Of a stretch of DNA of 64,000 bases, positions 19,060-29,165 are shown one piece after another. The stretch's first letter is position 1; each line of letters begins with the position of its first letter. The stretch comes from an uncultured delta proteobacterium (GTDB lineage: Bacteria > Desulfobacterota > Binatia > UBA9968), in assembly GCA_963760795.1 (NCBI GenBank), contig CAVXEP010000004.1, positions 192,001 to 256,000 on the forward strand, in the 5' to 3' direction. The notes under the pieces are model-generated. The model had not been told where the DNA came from. It made no database searches and worked only from the letters and a program-made list of their open reading frames with translations. Position numbers and translations under genes: made by a program.

Positions 19060-19725
19060 ATGCTCTGGTGGCGACCACTGTTACCGTTGGGCTTGGCGGC
19101 AATACTGCTCTGTCTTGCAGATCGGCTCGCTTACCCCGAAGCCACCCCGCAGTGGGCTTGCACGGATAGCGAATCGACGTGTAAATCCGTCTCCATCGTG
19201 CACAACTCCTGGCACGCCGCCATCGTCCTGCGCAAAAGCGATCTCGTAGAAAAAACCATGCCGGAGCTGGCGGATTTTCCCGCGGCCCAATTTATTGAAT
19301 TCAGCTGGGGCGACAAGGACTATTTCCCCGATCCGCAATCGGGAGTCTTCGGCGCCATCAAGGCGGCGTTGTGGTCCAGTGGCAGCGTGATTCACCTTGT
19401 CGGATTTACGGACACAGTCGAACATTTCTACCGCGGCGCTAATATCGCGGAACTGCGCTTGAACCCGACCGCCTACCAACGCATGGTCGATTACATCGAC
19501 GAAACTTTCCTACGCGAACAGTCACCTGGCCGTGCGCGCGCGGCTCCGGGGTTGTTTTCCTACAGCCGCTTTTATTCGGCAAGCCGCAGTTTTAGTTTGC
19601 TGCGTACCTGTAACACCTGGGTTGCCGCAGCGCTGGAACATGCAGGCGTCCCGATCTCGGCTACTTTTGTCATCACCGCGGGGAATCTTCAGAGCCAATT
19701 GGCAGCTATCCTGCCGACGCCTTGA
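19060..19725 (+). CDS. DUF2459 family protein
   Basis: HNSWHAAIV, EFSWGDKDYF, ALWSSGSVIH, FSLLRTCNTWVAAAL. Start is uncertain. Confidence 0.8.
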   Translation: MLWWRPLLPLGLAAILLCLADRLAYPEATPQWACTDSESTCKSVSIVHNSWHAAIVLRKSDLVEKTMPELADFPAAQFIEFSWGDKDYFPDPQSGVFGAIKAALWSSGSVIHLVGFTDTVEHFYRGANIAELRLNPTAYQRMVDYIDETFLREQSPGRARAAPGLFSYSRFYSASRSFSLLRTCNTWVAAALEHAGVPISATFVITAGNLQSQLAAILPTP

Positions 19726-19875
19726 GTGCTGCGATTTGTCCAGGCAGGCCGGTGCCATCGCACCGCGCGTTAACCGAAGCTACCGAATCGTTACGAGGTT
19801 GTCACAACAGCCGCCGCCGCGCAGCCTGATCGTTTGCGGCACCGCCGGCGAACGCATCGCAGCCCAGGGTAGATA

Positions 19876-20916
19876 ATGCTAAACTCGCAACTAGCTATGA
19901 AGCGGCCCAGAATAATTATAACCAGCATCGCTCTAGCGCTGCTCGCCAGCGCCTGCCAATCGCCGGCACCGCTGCCGAAACCGCAACCGCCGCCGGAACT
20001 GGCTCAAGAAGTTCACAAGCCGCCGGCGCCCGCTGCGCCGGTGGAAACCGCCAAGTTGCAGAAAAAGACTCAAGAGGTCGTCAGCAAAGCGCCGATCGAT
20101 CGCACTTTGCCGGAGTCGCTCATCGCCGCGCCGGCCAAGGACCCAGCGTCGCGCAGCATCAACTACGGCACGATGCTGTCGTCCCGCGCAGCGAACTCGA
20201 AACTCATGAATAACTGGCAGTATCGCCGCACCCGCCAAGGGCAAATTGTCGGCTTCGAATTTTCCAATCATGGCGGCAACCCGATTCTCACGCCGCGCCG
20301 GGATGCGACCAAGAATCAATTTTTCACCCGCGATTTCCAATTTCGCTTCGACGACCGGGCGCGCCAGGACATCCATCTGATGATTTCCGACTGGGTAGCG
20401 TCGCGCGACCGGATGTTTCGTCTGAGCGGGTTGATGCACAGCTTGATGCATTTTTTCCCGCGCAGTTACCTGCCCGCCATCGTCAACGCCGGCGATAACA
20501 ACATCGTAACCCTCCCCACCGGCGAGGAAGTTGAGTTCAACGCGGTCACCAAGGAAATCCGCGGCGGCGTATTGGCGGAGTCGCCCGTCGATCTCAGCCC
20601 CGACCGCAATGGCAGTAAATACCCGGCGGTAACCTACCAAGGGCAAGGCGTGCTGGTGCGCGCCGACGCGCGCGGCGCCGATCCCCGGCTCGGCACGACA
20701 GCGACGATCAGCGCTGGAACGCCGCCATCGAGCTGCGATAAGCCCGAGGGTTGCCGCCAGTGCGAAGTGCCGTCCAAAGAACTTTGGGAGCAATCCGGCG
20801 CCGTGCGCTTCAAGTTTCAAACCGACCAGGAATTCGATCGTTACCTCACCGCCCGTTGCGGCTTCGGCCTGCCGCGGCTAGGCACGGAATTCGCCGTCGC
20901 CGCGCCGCAATCGTAA
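19876..20916 (+). CDS. Hypothetical lipoprotein with Pro-rich linker
   Basis: Lipobox-like LASAC, Pro-rich N-terminus, 346-aa open frame with coding-like composition. Confidence 0.7.
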   Translation: MLNSQLAMKRPRIIITSIALALLASACQSPAPLPKPQPPPELAQEVHKPPAPAAPVETAKLQKKTQEVVSKAPIDRTLPESLIAAPAKDPASRSINYGTMLSSRAANSKLMNNWQYRRTRQGQIVGFEFSNHGGNPILTPRRDATKNQFFTRDFQFRFDDRARQDIHLMISDWVASRDRMFRLSGLMHSLMHFFPRSYLPAIVNAGDNNIVTLPTGEEVEFNAVTKEIRGGVLAESPVDLSPDRNGSKYPAVTYQGQGVLVRADARGADPRLGTTATISAGTPPSSCDKPEGCRQCEVPSKELWEQSGAVRFKFQTDQEFDRYLTARCGFGLPRLGTEFAVAAPQS

Positions 20917-21028
20917 TCTTACTACTCTGATGGCGCGCACAGAGCGCTCTGCCGATTCATTCGAGTTGCAATTCAGCCGCAACCCGATTAGGTAAAGATT
21001 AAATCGCTTTACCGACAAGGAGATCTTT

Positions 21029-22171
21029 ATGGCAGATTATCTAGTCGTCGATGCCGACGGCCACTGTTACGAACCTGACAACGACCTTGCGAAATGGATG
21101 CCCAAAGAGTACGCGCATCTCGCGCCCAATCGAGTCACCGACAGCTCGGGCTACGGCCACCTGATGCTCGAAGGCCGCTTGAGTTCACGGCGGCGCTGGG
21201 GTGGCGGCGCGGACCGCGGCGAAGTCTTTGCGTCGCACATCGAAAGAAGCCGTCCAGGCATGACCGATCCGATCAAACGCTTGCCGGATATGGATGAAGA
21301 AGGCATTGACGTCGCGGTGATCTTCGGAACGGCGATCGCACTCTCGGTGAACGGCATGGCGGACAAACCGCTCGCCGCGCTGATCTGCCACGCGGTCAAC
21401 CGCTGGCTGGTTGAAGAATATCTCGCGCCCGATCCCAAGCGCCTCAAAGGTGTCGGCCTGATTCCGGTGCAAGATCCCCAAGCCGCGGTCAAAGAGTTGG
21501 AATACATCGCACAACACCGCCAGGTCGTCAGCGCCATGCTACCGACCAATGTCTACGGCATCAATCTCGGCCACCGCATGTTCGATCCGGTATACGCCGC
21601 GGCGCAGGAGATGAACATTCCGCTGTCGGTCCATCCGCAAACCGAACATGACGGCCAGTATGGCGTCTGGGGCGTAATGGGCGCCGGCAGCGAGCGCATG
21701 GAAAAATACAGCTACGTGCACATGACGTCGTTTCCCTTCGAGCTGATGATCGCGCTCATGCATATGATCGGCGAAGGCGTCTTCGACCGCTATCCCAAAC
21801 TCAAAGTCGCGTTCATGGAAGGCGCCTGCGGCTGGCTGCCCTTCTGGTCCGAACGGATGGACGAGCACTATCACAAACTGCGCCCGCAGTGGCCGCTGCT
21901 CAAACGCAAACCTTCGGAAATTGTCCGCAGCGGCCAGGTCAGTTTTACCTGCGAGCCGGAAGAAACCATTCTGCCCTACGTACTCGACGACATCGGCATC
22001 ACCCAGGTCATGTACGCCTCGGACTACCGCCACTGGGATTCCGAATTCCCCGACTCCGTCAAAGAAGTGAAAAAAATCCCCGGCATGACCGACGACAAGC
22101 TGCGTCATGTGCTGGGCGAGAACGCGCGGAAGTGGTTCAACCTAAAAGATAGCGATTTGCCCGTGCGGTAA
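21029..22171 (+). CDS. Amidohydrolase family protein (Amidohydro_2)
   Basis: VVDADGH, DMDEEGIDVAVIF, VFDRYPKLKVAFMEG, MYASDYRHWD. Confidence 0.92.
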   Translation: MADYLVVDADGHCYEPDNDLAKWMPKEYAHLAPNRVTDSSGYGHLMLEGRLSSRRRWGGGADRGEVFASHIERSRPGMTDPIKRLPDMDEEGIDVAVIFGTAIALSVNGMADKPLAALICHAVNRWLVEEYLAPDPKRLKGVGLIPVQDPQAAVKELEYIAQHRQVVSAMLPTNVYGINLGHRMFDPVYAAAQEMNIPLSVHPQTEHDGQYGVWGVMGAGSERMEKYSYVHMTSFPFELMIALMHMIGEGVFDRYPKLKVAFMEGACGWLPFWSERMDEHYHKLRPQWPLLKRKPSEIVRSGQVSFTCEPEETILPYVLDDIGITQVMYASDYRHWDSEFPDSVKEVKKIPGMTDDKLRHVLGENARKWFNLKDSDLPVR

Positions 22172-22650
22172 TAAAAAGTAAAAATTAACACCGCAAAATT
22201 GAGATCGGCAATAGGATTCCGTACAAAAATCATGACACCTTAACCGGTCTGTTTTGCACGGAGAACAATCGTAGCGAGATACGGCAAATTCGTCTGCTTC
22301 TCGGCGCAATGGGTTGAGCATTTCACCCTGATAAAGCCGGCGCATCCAAAATCCGCAACCAATAGGCGTCTCTCGGCATTCTTTCAACGCGATCGAACAT
22401 TTGCTAAAAAATCAGCCTTGCTTGACCAGCTTGCGCTTCTTCGACGTTGGCTCCAACCGAGGTGCCAGAGCGAAGCAGCTGCCGGCTCAACGTCCGCCTT
22501 ACCCCAGGCTGCAAATCGAGCACTTGGCAGATCTCAACAACGTTAATTGCAAAGCCAAACGTTCTATCGGAATTTTGCTCGGCGTCGATACACGCGGCAT
22601 ATCTTGCTCCTGCTTCAAGTTAATTTTTACTTTTTCATTTTGAATTTCTA
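22169..22650. mobile_element. Putative insertion unit: 7-bp-periodic inverted repeats enclosing a four-helix-bundle gene remnant
   Basis: AAAAGTAAAAATTAA (22174-22188) versus TTAATTTTTACTTTT (22620-22634). Located between two convergent genes. Confidence 0.6.
22240..22600 (-). pseudogene. Four-helix-bundle protein (23S rRNA IVP-like, TIGR02436) with several frameshifts
   Basis: Manual translation across frames: DRTFGFAINVVEICQVL...RTLSRQLLRSGTSVGANVEEAQAGQ / SKADF / SKCSIALKECRET / YWLRILDA / LATIVLRAK-stop. Confidence 0.85.
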
Positions 22651-23642
22651 GTTTTTCCCCAAAGCTGAGCAAAGAATCCACTGCTCTCCATCTCCGCCAA
22701 ATAGCGCCGGTCCATCATGTCCTGGGGTTTGATTTCATTGGCGCGCGGGTTGGTGCGGGCGACCTCTTCGATCATTGGCTGGAGCGCCGGCGCTTTCATT
22801 TCCAGCCGCGGTTCCATGACTTTCATCTCGATGGCGTAACTGGCTTCCAACACCGCGCGATCTTTGATTCGCAGTTGCTTCTCCATCACCCGGAAGACCA
22901 ATTCCTTATCGCGGTGCATCGCTCTTGAAGCTTCGGCCATCGCGCGCATGAATCGGCCGATCACAGGGCCGCGCTTGGCCATGAGGGAGCGACGGGTTGC
23001 AATGGTCGAGGCGGCGTAAGGAATTCCAATATCCGGACCGAACACGACATAGCGAAAGCCCAGCGCCAGCGCCCTGCCGTCGCTCGGCGGCAACAACGTC
23101 GCGGCATCGATCCGGCCCGCCATCAGCGCGCCGACGGTTTCCGCTTCGCCGCCGGTCTGGATGAACATGATGTCCTTGTCCGTGTTCATGCCGGCGCGGC
23201 GAAACGCCTGGACCGTGAAGTAATGGGTGTTGCTGCCGATGCGTGTGACGCCGATACGCTTGCCACGCAACTGTTCGAGCCTGGTGATCTCCGGCTTGGC
23301 GAGAATACTCTGGGTCATGATGTTCTTGATGCTGCCGATGAAAGCCAAGTCCGTCGCGCCGCTAACGAAGGCATTGACGATACCGACGCCGCCCAAGAGG
23401 CCAATTTCCACATTGCCGCCGAGAATCGCCGCGGTGGCGGTTGAAGATGAAGGAATATAGACGAAGTCGAAATCGATATCCTGTTTCTTGAATAACCCGA
23501 GCTCTTCGGCCACCCAGGGCATCGAATATGGCACCGCGTGGGCCGAGTACAGCGCCACCAGCTTTTCCGCTGCCGGCGCGCCACCAGGCACAATCAAGCA
23601 GCCGATTAAGCCAAGGGTGAAGAGAACTGCGCGAATCTTCAT
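22635..23642 (-). CDS. ABC substrate-binding protein, SsuA/NMT1-like
   Basis: Signal peptide, PWVAEELGLFKK, LRGKRIGVTRIGSNT, ALMAGRIDA, SGFFAQLW. Confidence 0.88.
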   Translation of the reverse strand: MKIRAVLFTLGLIGCLIVPGGAPAAEKLVALYSAHAVPYSMPWVAEELGLFKKQDIDFDFVYIPSSSTATAAILGGNVEIGLLGGVGIVNAFVSGATDLAFIGSIKNIMTQSILAKPEITRLEQLRGKRIGVTRIGSNTHYFTVQAFRRAGMNTDKDIMFIQTGGEAETVGALMAGRIDAATLLPPSDGRALALGFRYVVFGPDIGIPYAASTIATRRSLMAKRGPVIGRFMRAMAEASRAMHRDKELVFRVMEKQLRIKDRAVLEASYAIEMKVMEPRLEMKAPALQPMIEEVARTNPRANEIKPQDMMDRRYLAEMESSGFFAQLWGKTRNSK

Positions 23643-23670
23643 CTGATGGTCTCGCTACCGGCGATGGCCG

Positions 23671-24714
23671 TTACAAGTTGAATAGCTGTTTGGCATTGCT
23701 GTAAAGAATCTTCTCTTTGTCCGTATCGCTAATGCGCGGATGATTGCGCAAGGCATGCAAGTTTCCGGGAAACTCATTGTCCCAGTGGGGAATGTCCGAG
23801 GCGTAAAGAAAATGTTCGGCGCCGAGGTAACTGACCGCCTCCGGCAACAGCGACTCACCGGATTCCAGGCTGAACCACATCTTCGACTTGCGCACGACAT
23901 CACTGGGTTTTTCTTTGAGCAGCGGCATCTCGTGCTTGGCGCGTTTTTCCCAGTGTTCATCCAATCGGTCCAAATAATACGGCAGCCAAGTGGCGCCGAT
24001 CTCCAAGAAGGCCAATTTCAAATTGGGAAAACGAATCGGCACACCCTGGCAGACGACATGAGTAAACTGCAGCAACAGGCCGACGGTAAATGCGTATGAA
24101 TGCACTTCGGCAAAGGTGGATAACTTGTCGGCCCCAAGTTCATGGGAGTTGCTGCGCGAGCCGTGGATACCGATGACCGCGCCGAGCTTTTCCGCCTCGG
24201 CGTAGACCGGATCGTAAAATGTACTGCCCAGCGCCATCGGCAATCCCATCGGTAGAATCTCGAACCCTTTCAAGCCCAGCTCGGTCACGCCGCGGCGCAG
24301 CTCCTCTGCCGCCGCTTGCGGATCGCGCAGCGGCAGCACGCCGACGCAACTGACCCGGTTCGAGTGCGCGTTGAACTCCTTGGCGAACTGCGTGTTGGAA
24401 GCGCGCGCGATGGCCAGGGCAAAATCCAACTCTTGGAGTTTCGAGACGTTTCCCGACCCGGTCGGGAAACAGATCGCGTACTCCATGCCCTCGCGATCCA
24501 TCGCCGCATGCCACTCGTCGATCTGCTGCTTGGGCGACAAGTCTTCCCAGCGCACCGCCATCTCGAAACTATCGAACAGATTGGCATCCCAGGGTTGATC
24601 GCGCGTGCGCAGCGCCGTCGAGCGCTTATCCCAGGGCTTTTCGAGATACTTGCGGATATATTTTTCTTTCTCCAAGACATGCCCATCGGCGTCGATCACC
24701 GGACCACTGTACAT
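23671..24714 (-). CDS. Amidohydrolase family protein (Amidohydro_2)
   Basis: VIDADGHVLE, RFPNLKLAFLE, LYASDIPHWD, KILYSNAKQLF. Confidence 0.92.
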   Translation of the reverse strand: MYSGPVIDADGHVLEKEKYIRKYLEKPWDKRSTALRTRDQPWDANLFDSFEMAVRWEDLSPKQQIDEWHAAMDREGMEYAICFPTGSGNVSKLQELDFALAIARASNTQFAKEFNAHSNRVSCVGVLPLRDPQAAAEELRRGVTELGLKGFEILPMGLPMALGSTFYDPVYAEAEKLGAVIGIHGSRSNSHELGADKLSTFAEVHSYAFTVGLLLQFTHVVCQGVPIRFPNLKLAFLEIGATWLPYYLDRLDEHWEKRAKHEMPLLKEKPSDVVRKSKMWFSLESGESLLPEAVSYLGAEHFLYASDIPHWDNEFPGNLHALRNHPRISDTDKEKILYSNAKQLFNL

Positions 24715-24881
24715 AAATACCTCCTTGCCTGATTGGCGTATATCCGGTCATTGCGATGCCTGTCAAGGAAACCAGTCGAATGTTGGGATTATGCACCAGC
24801 CCGGACAGGGCCGGTCGCCAGAAACAGCAACGCCGCTAACAGCAGCGCTGCTAACGGCGTTGATCAGGATCGAACAAATGT

Positions 24882-25713
24882 CTACGAAGTAATCTCCCAC
24901 CAGTTCCTACTGATATCGCTCAAGAGAAAATGCGCGCGCCCGTTGGTTTGCAGTTCACGGACATCGTGGATGCCGAGTTCCTTGCCGTTTTTCGAAAACT
25001 CTTTATGCGCATCTTCGACTGCTTCGGGGCTGGCCACTTGCAGGGTGAAACGGTTGGCCTCGGACAGATAGTCGCGGTGCGTCGTCGGCAGGACCACCAC
25101 GTACCACGGCCCCATGTTCGGCACGCTGATATAAGCTCGACATGCGCCCGCCGCCGATGATATCGAGACCGAGCACGTTGGTGAGAAACTGATCGCTCTT
25201 TTCCTTGTCGTCGCAATTGAGCGTGCCATGGGTCATCGCCTGGGGCACATAGCCTCTGCCGGGAAATTTTTCTTCCGGCAGCGGCGTGGTCCAGTGCGGC
25301 GCGGCGATGCGCCGGCCCTGTTTGATCGCCGCCGGATTGTAATACTCCAGCTCCAAATCGTTGCCGCCGGGTTCTTTGAAATAGATCGAGTAAGCAAAAT
25401 GCGCTTCGTGCGGCGGCGTCACGCTCTTGATCTTGTACTGCGCCTTATGGTCGGAAATATATTGGAACGCTATCGGGATTTCCTTCGGGCTGCCGACGCG
25501 AAAACCATAGTGATTGGTGTGCGGCTTATTTTTGGTATCCGGCCCGCCTTCGTGAATCACCAGACGCCACTTGGTATTGGGATGTTTGACCACCGCCTGC
25601 TTGTCGGTGCGTTCGATCACTTCGGCGGCCAGCAACTCGGTAAAAATCGGCAGCGTCTCGTCTAGCGAGCGGCATTCGTAATGCCCTTCGGTCATTCCGA
25701 TCGGTTTCAGCAT
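24882..25713 (-). CDS. Two-domain VOC (glyoxalase/dioxygenase) family protein, +1 frameshift near 25135
   Basis: GMTEGHYEC, NHYGFRV, YFKEPGGNDLELEY, MTHGTL; continues in ORF 24882..25229 to LSDISRNWWEITS. Confidence 0.8.
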
Positions 25714-25775
25714 GCGTGTCTCCTTGAGAAAGCAACTAACTATGTAGGTATTATTAAGAAAGACCCTGACGCTTG

Positions 25776-26876
25776 TCAATTGGCCTTGGGCCGTACCGGC
25801 GGCATCCGCACTTCGGCCCCCGACTTGGCGCACTCCTCGTCGAAGATCTGGCGAATAAGCGGGTCTTCGTCCTCGTACTCGATCTGCCAGCCGCCAAAAG
25901 CCAAGGGCACGTCGGACTGGATCTTGCCGGGCTGCAACTTGTACTTGCGGCTGAGAATCTTCAGCGCCAGGTATCGCGACGGCACGGCACCGGAATTAAA
26001 ATGCTGGTGGAACCAGCCCTCCGGCGGCACGACAATCGATCCGGGCTTCCAGTCCACCCGGGTCATCTCTTTGCCCTCGGGCCAAAGCAGCGAATAACCC
26101 TTGCCGGTGAGGATGAAGACATGGGCGCCGGGACCGTGGCGATGGGCTTTCTTGTAAAGACCGACGGGAAAGCGCGAGACATGGGAACCCATCATGCTCT
26201 CGGACATTTCGAAAAAGATCGTCGCGTTGCCCTTGCCGCGCTCGCTCCACTCCACCGGTTCGATATTGACGACGTCGGCGACGAAGTTGGTCTCGACCAC
26301 CCGGTCGCTATAGAGCTTGCCGCCGCCGGTGAAGAAACCTTCTTCGCCCTTGAACCGCTCGGTGAATGAATAGGGACAGTTGGTGACGAAATCGGCGCTG
26401 CGGAACAAATTAAAAATCAGCGGCGCCGTGGTCACCGACAACAGCCGGGCTTCCTGATCGCCCTGGCCGTTGAAATGCTGATACCAGGCGTTGAGCGGCA
26501 GGGCGAACAAGCTGCCGGCTTGCCACTCGAAAGTCTGCTTGGCGCCATTGTCCTGCCACACCGTCGTCGCGCCGCGGCCGGCGAGCACATAGACCAGCGC
26601 CTCGTAAATATGGCGTTGTGGGTTGAGGCTCTTCCCCGGCGGGATGCCGATGACATAAGCGTCGTCCATATAGCCGGCGCCGTCGAGCATGATGCAGACG
26701 CCGTTGCCGCCGATGCGGTCCCACCATTTGAGCGGGGTCGTGTATAGATCCTCGACAAAAAAGCCGCGCACGATATCGATCCCCTGGGACGCGATCCAGC
26801 GATCGTACGGCGTGTCCATGATTTCGACCTTGGTGTCGACCGATTGATAGGATGGACGGTTAACTGCTTCTGCCAT
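25776..26876 (-). CDS. Bicupin protein (gentisate 1,2-dioxygenase-like fold)
   Basis: PQRHIYEALVYVLAGRG...WYQHFN and KAHRHGPGAHV...WFHQHFN; GGAGG RBS. Confidence 0.82.
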   Translation of the reverse strand: MAEAVNRPSYQSVDTKVEIMDTPYDRWIASQGIDIVRGFFVEDLYTTPLKWWDRIGGNGVCIMLDGAGYMDDAYVIGIPPGKSLNPQRHIYEALVYVLAGRGATTVWQDNGAKQTFEWQAGSLFALPLNAWYQHFNGQGDQEARLLSVTTAPLIFNLFRSADFVTNCPYSFTERFKGEEGFFTGGGKLYSDRVVETNFVADVVNIEPVEWSERGKGNATIFFEMSESMMGSHVSRFPVGLYKKAHRHGPGAHVFILTGKGYSLLWPEGKEMTRVDWKPGSIVVPPEGWFHQHFNSGAVPSRYLALKILSRKYKLQPGKIQSDVPLAFGGWQIEYEDEDPLIRQIFDEECAKSGAEVRMPPVRPKAN

Positions 26877-27047
26877 CTGGCTCCCTCCTGAATGTGGTGT
26901 CTGTTGTTTAGCTGTAATCGCTCGCTGCATCAACCCTGCGCGCCCCGACCAACACAGCCGATGCCGCGGCTCAATGCCGGTTGACTTCGCGCTTCCATGC
27001 ACAGATAACCAGGGAGACACTTATTCTTGACGGTTGGAGAAAGACTC

Positions 27048-28321
27048 ATGAGCCGAGAGGCAATGGATGCAATGAACAAAGTTGTGGCGGCGCTGAAAAC
27101 CGGCGCGGGCCTGCAGGATGATTTCATCTACTACATGTCGTTCGACGACTACAAAGTTTTTCCCGATCCGTTTCCACGTACGCCGGTCATTGTGCGCGAG
27201 GTCCAAGAAACCATTCGCCGCTATCCGAATCCGGAAAAACCCGGCGAGCTGTTTCCGTGGGATATTCATGGCCGGCTGTTTACCCCGGCCAAAGTATCGA
27301 TCCCGGACACCGCCGTGGTGATGATTCATGGCGGCGCCGCCAATGAGTATGAGTTTATTTTCACTCCCGACGGCGCTGAAGAATATCCCGACTTAAGCCA
27401 AAGCCGACCCGAAGAAAGCGCGCGTCGGCGTCGCCCAGCATATTGCGTCGCTTGGGCATTCCCGTGCTGGCGATTTCCCTGCCGGGCCACTACAGTGCCA
27501 AACCTTGGGCGCCGATCGCCGTACGCCGGCCGGAATTTATCATTGGCCAGATTCCCAGCGATGCCGAACTGCGCAACCGCTTGGCCGTTTATACGTTTAG
27601 AATGTGCACCGAAGCGGTCAAGGCGCTGGTCGAGAAAAACTTGCAGGAAGCGATCTTCATGTGGGGCCACTCCACCGGCGGCGAATATTTTTATTTGATG
27701 GAACAGTACGGTCTCAAGAACAAACTCATCGGCGGCCTCGGCTATGGCACCGGCATGCCGGCATGGGTGCGCAAAGAATGGGATCTCGCCTGCGCCGACA
27801 AATCGCCGGAGGAGCGCGCCGCGCCGTTTCGCAATCTCACCGATCTGAGCCGGCGCTCGCCCAAAGGTTACGCCAAAAGCGGCTACGTCGGACCGAACCA
27901 ACCCTGGGGCAGCGTCGAGAAATGGTTCGAGCTGGAAAATCACCGCCGGCCGCAGTTCAAACCTTTCCTGCAAGACATCGAGCATAGCGCCCACGATGTG
28001 CTGATTCCGGAAATCAAGAAATTGTCAGGATTGACCGATGACGAACTGTTTATCACTTATCAGTCGCAGCTCGAACGCCTGCGCGGCAAAAAGCTGCTGC
28101 ACATCGTCGGCGAGTACGACAAAGGGCACTGGATTGAAGGTGGTGAAAGAGGCTTGGAGTTTCGCCGCGAAGTTTACGCCTTCAAGCGTTTCAAACCCTA
28201 CGCCGACGCCCTGCGCCTCATCGTGGTTCCCAATCTGACCCACTACGGCCATGTGGAAAGCTACAACGAAGGACTGGCGAATCTGATGGTGACGGGTTTC
28301 AAAGAATACTTTAGCGGCTAA
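27048..28321 (+). CDS. Alpha/beta-hydrolase-fold protein, two +1 frameshifts near 27420-27460
   Basis: VMIHGG, AISLPGH, nucleophile elbow WGHSTGG, VGEYD, THYGH. Confidence 0.7.
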
Positions 28322-28437
28322 CTTGCTGGCAATGCCGACAGTGACGAATTGCCCCCGGCCGTGCGAATTTCCTGCAGAACATGTCAAAGGCAGTCAGGAC
28401 AACTGTGCGGCACAATCTCACTCACTGACAGGAATGT

Positions 28438-28478
28438 AAAAAGCCGCTTTCTCCGGGTTGGCGGAGAAAGCGGCTTTT
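28438..28478. terminator. Bidirectional intrinsic terminator
   Basis: AAAAGCCGCTTTCTCCG-loop-CGGAGAAAGCGGCTTTT between convergent genes. Confidence 0.85.
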
Positions 28479-28504
28479 GCTACGCTATCGGCTACTGCAA
28501 CCGC

Positions 28505-28954
28505 TTAATTACGGCCCCACCACCAGCGGTTAAAGAATCCGCCATTATCGAAGCGGCTGTTGATTCGGTCGCCACGGTTGTCGTACCAGCGGTCGGCGCG
28601 ATCGCCACGATTGTCGTAACGGTCTTCAATCCTGTCACCGCGACGGTCCAGTTGGGCTTCGATGCGATCGCCTTTACGATCGAGCTGCTCGGCCAGCCGG
28701 TTTTTACCGTCCGCCCGCGCCTCTGCCGCCAAGGCGTCGAGCCGGTCGTTAATACGCTCGCCTTTAGCATCGAGCCGCTCGTTGATCCTGCTACCCCTGT
28801 TGTCCAGCCGGTTGTTGATCCGATCTCCTCTGCGATCCAGCCGCGCATCGATTCGATCCCCGCGTCTGTCGAAATGTCGGTAGTCATGCGCCATCGCCGG
28901 GACAGCGCTGCCGAGTGCCAATATACCTAAACCAATTACGATTGCTTTTTTCAT
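28505..28954 (-). CDS. Secreted protein with 11-aa tandem repeats (LDRRGDRIxxR)
   Basis: Signal peptide ending AMA; about 8 DxxGDRI repeats; AAGGAG RBS. Confidence 0.8.
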   Translation of the reverse strand: MKKAIVIGLGILALGSAVPAMAHDYRHFDRRGDRIDARLDRRGDRINNRLDNRGSRINERLDAKGERINDRLDALAAEARADGKNRLAEQLDRKGDRIEAQLDRRGDRIEDRYDNRGDRADRWYDNRGDRINSRFDNGGFFNRWWWGRN

Positions 28955-29006
28955 TGCTCAATTCTCCTTCTCATAATGTCTTGATTAAGGCGCCTTGACT
29001 CAGTTG

Positions 29007-29032
29007 GACGGCGCGCCTGGGCAAAGGTTTAC
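29007..29032 (-). promoter_or_regulatory. Putative ECF sigma-factor promoter
   Basis: GTAAAC-N16-CGTC on the minus strand, ~50 bp upstream of the 28954 start. Confidence 0.5.
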
Positions 29033-29165
29033 CTGGACGAGAATAATGATGAAATTATGCTGCCTTTGCGCGGCTTTGGCGGTTATCCAAGGCGATAAGA
29101 TTAATGGCACCGTAACTTGACAGACCTAGCGATCTAACCTACAGATTTCGTACAAGAAATCTTCC

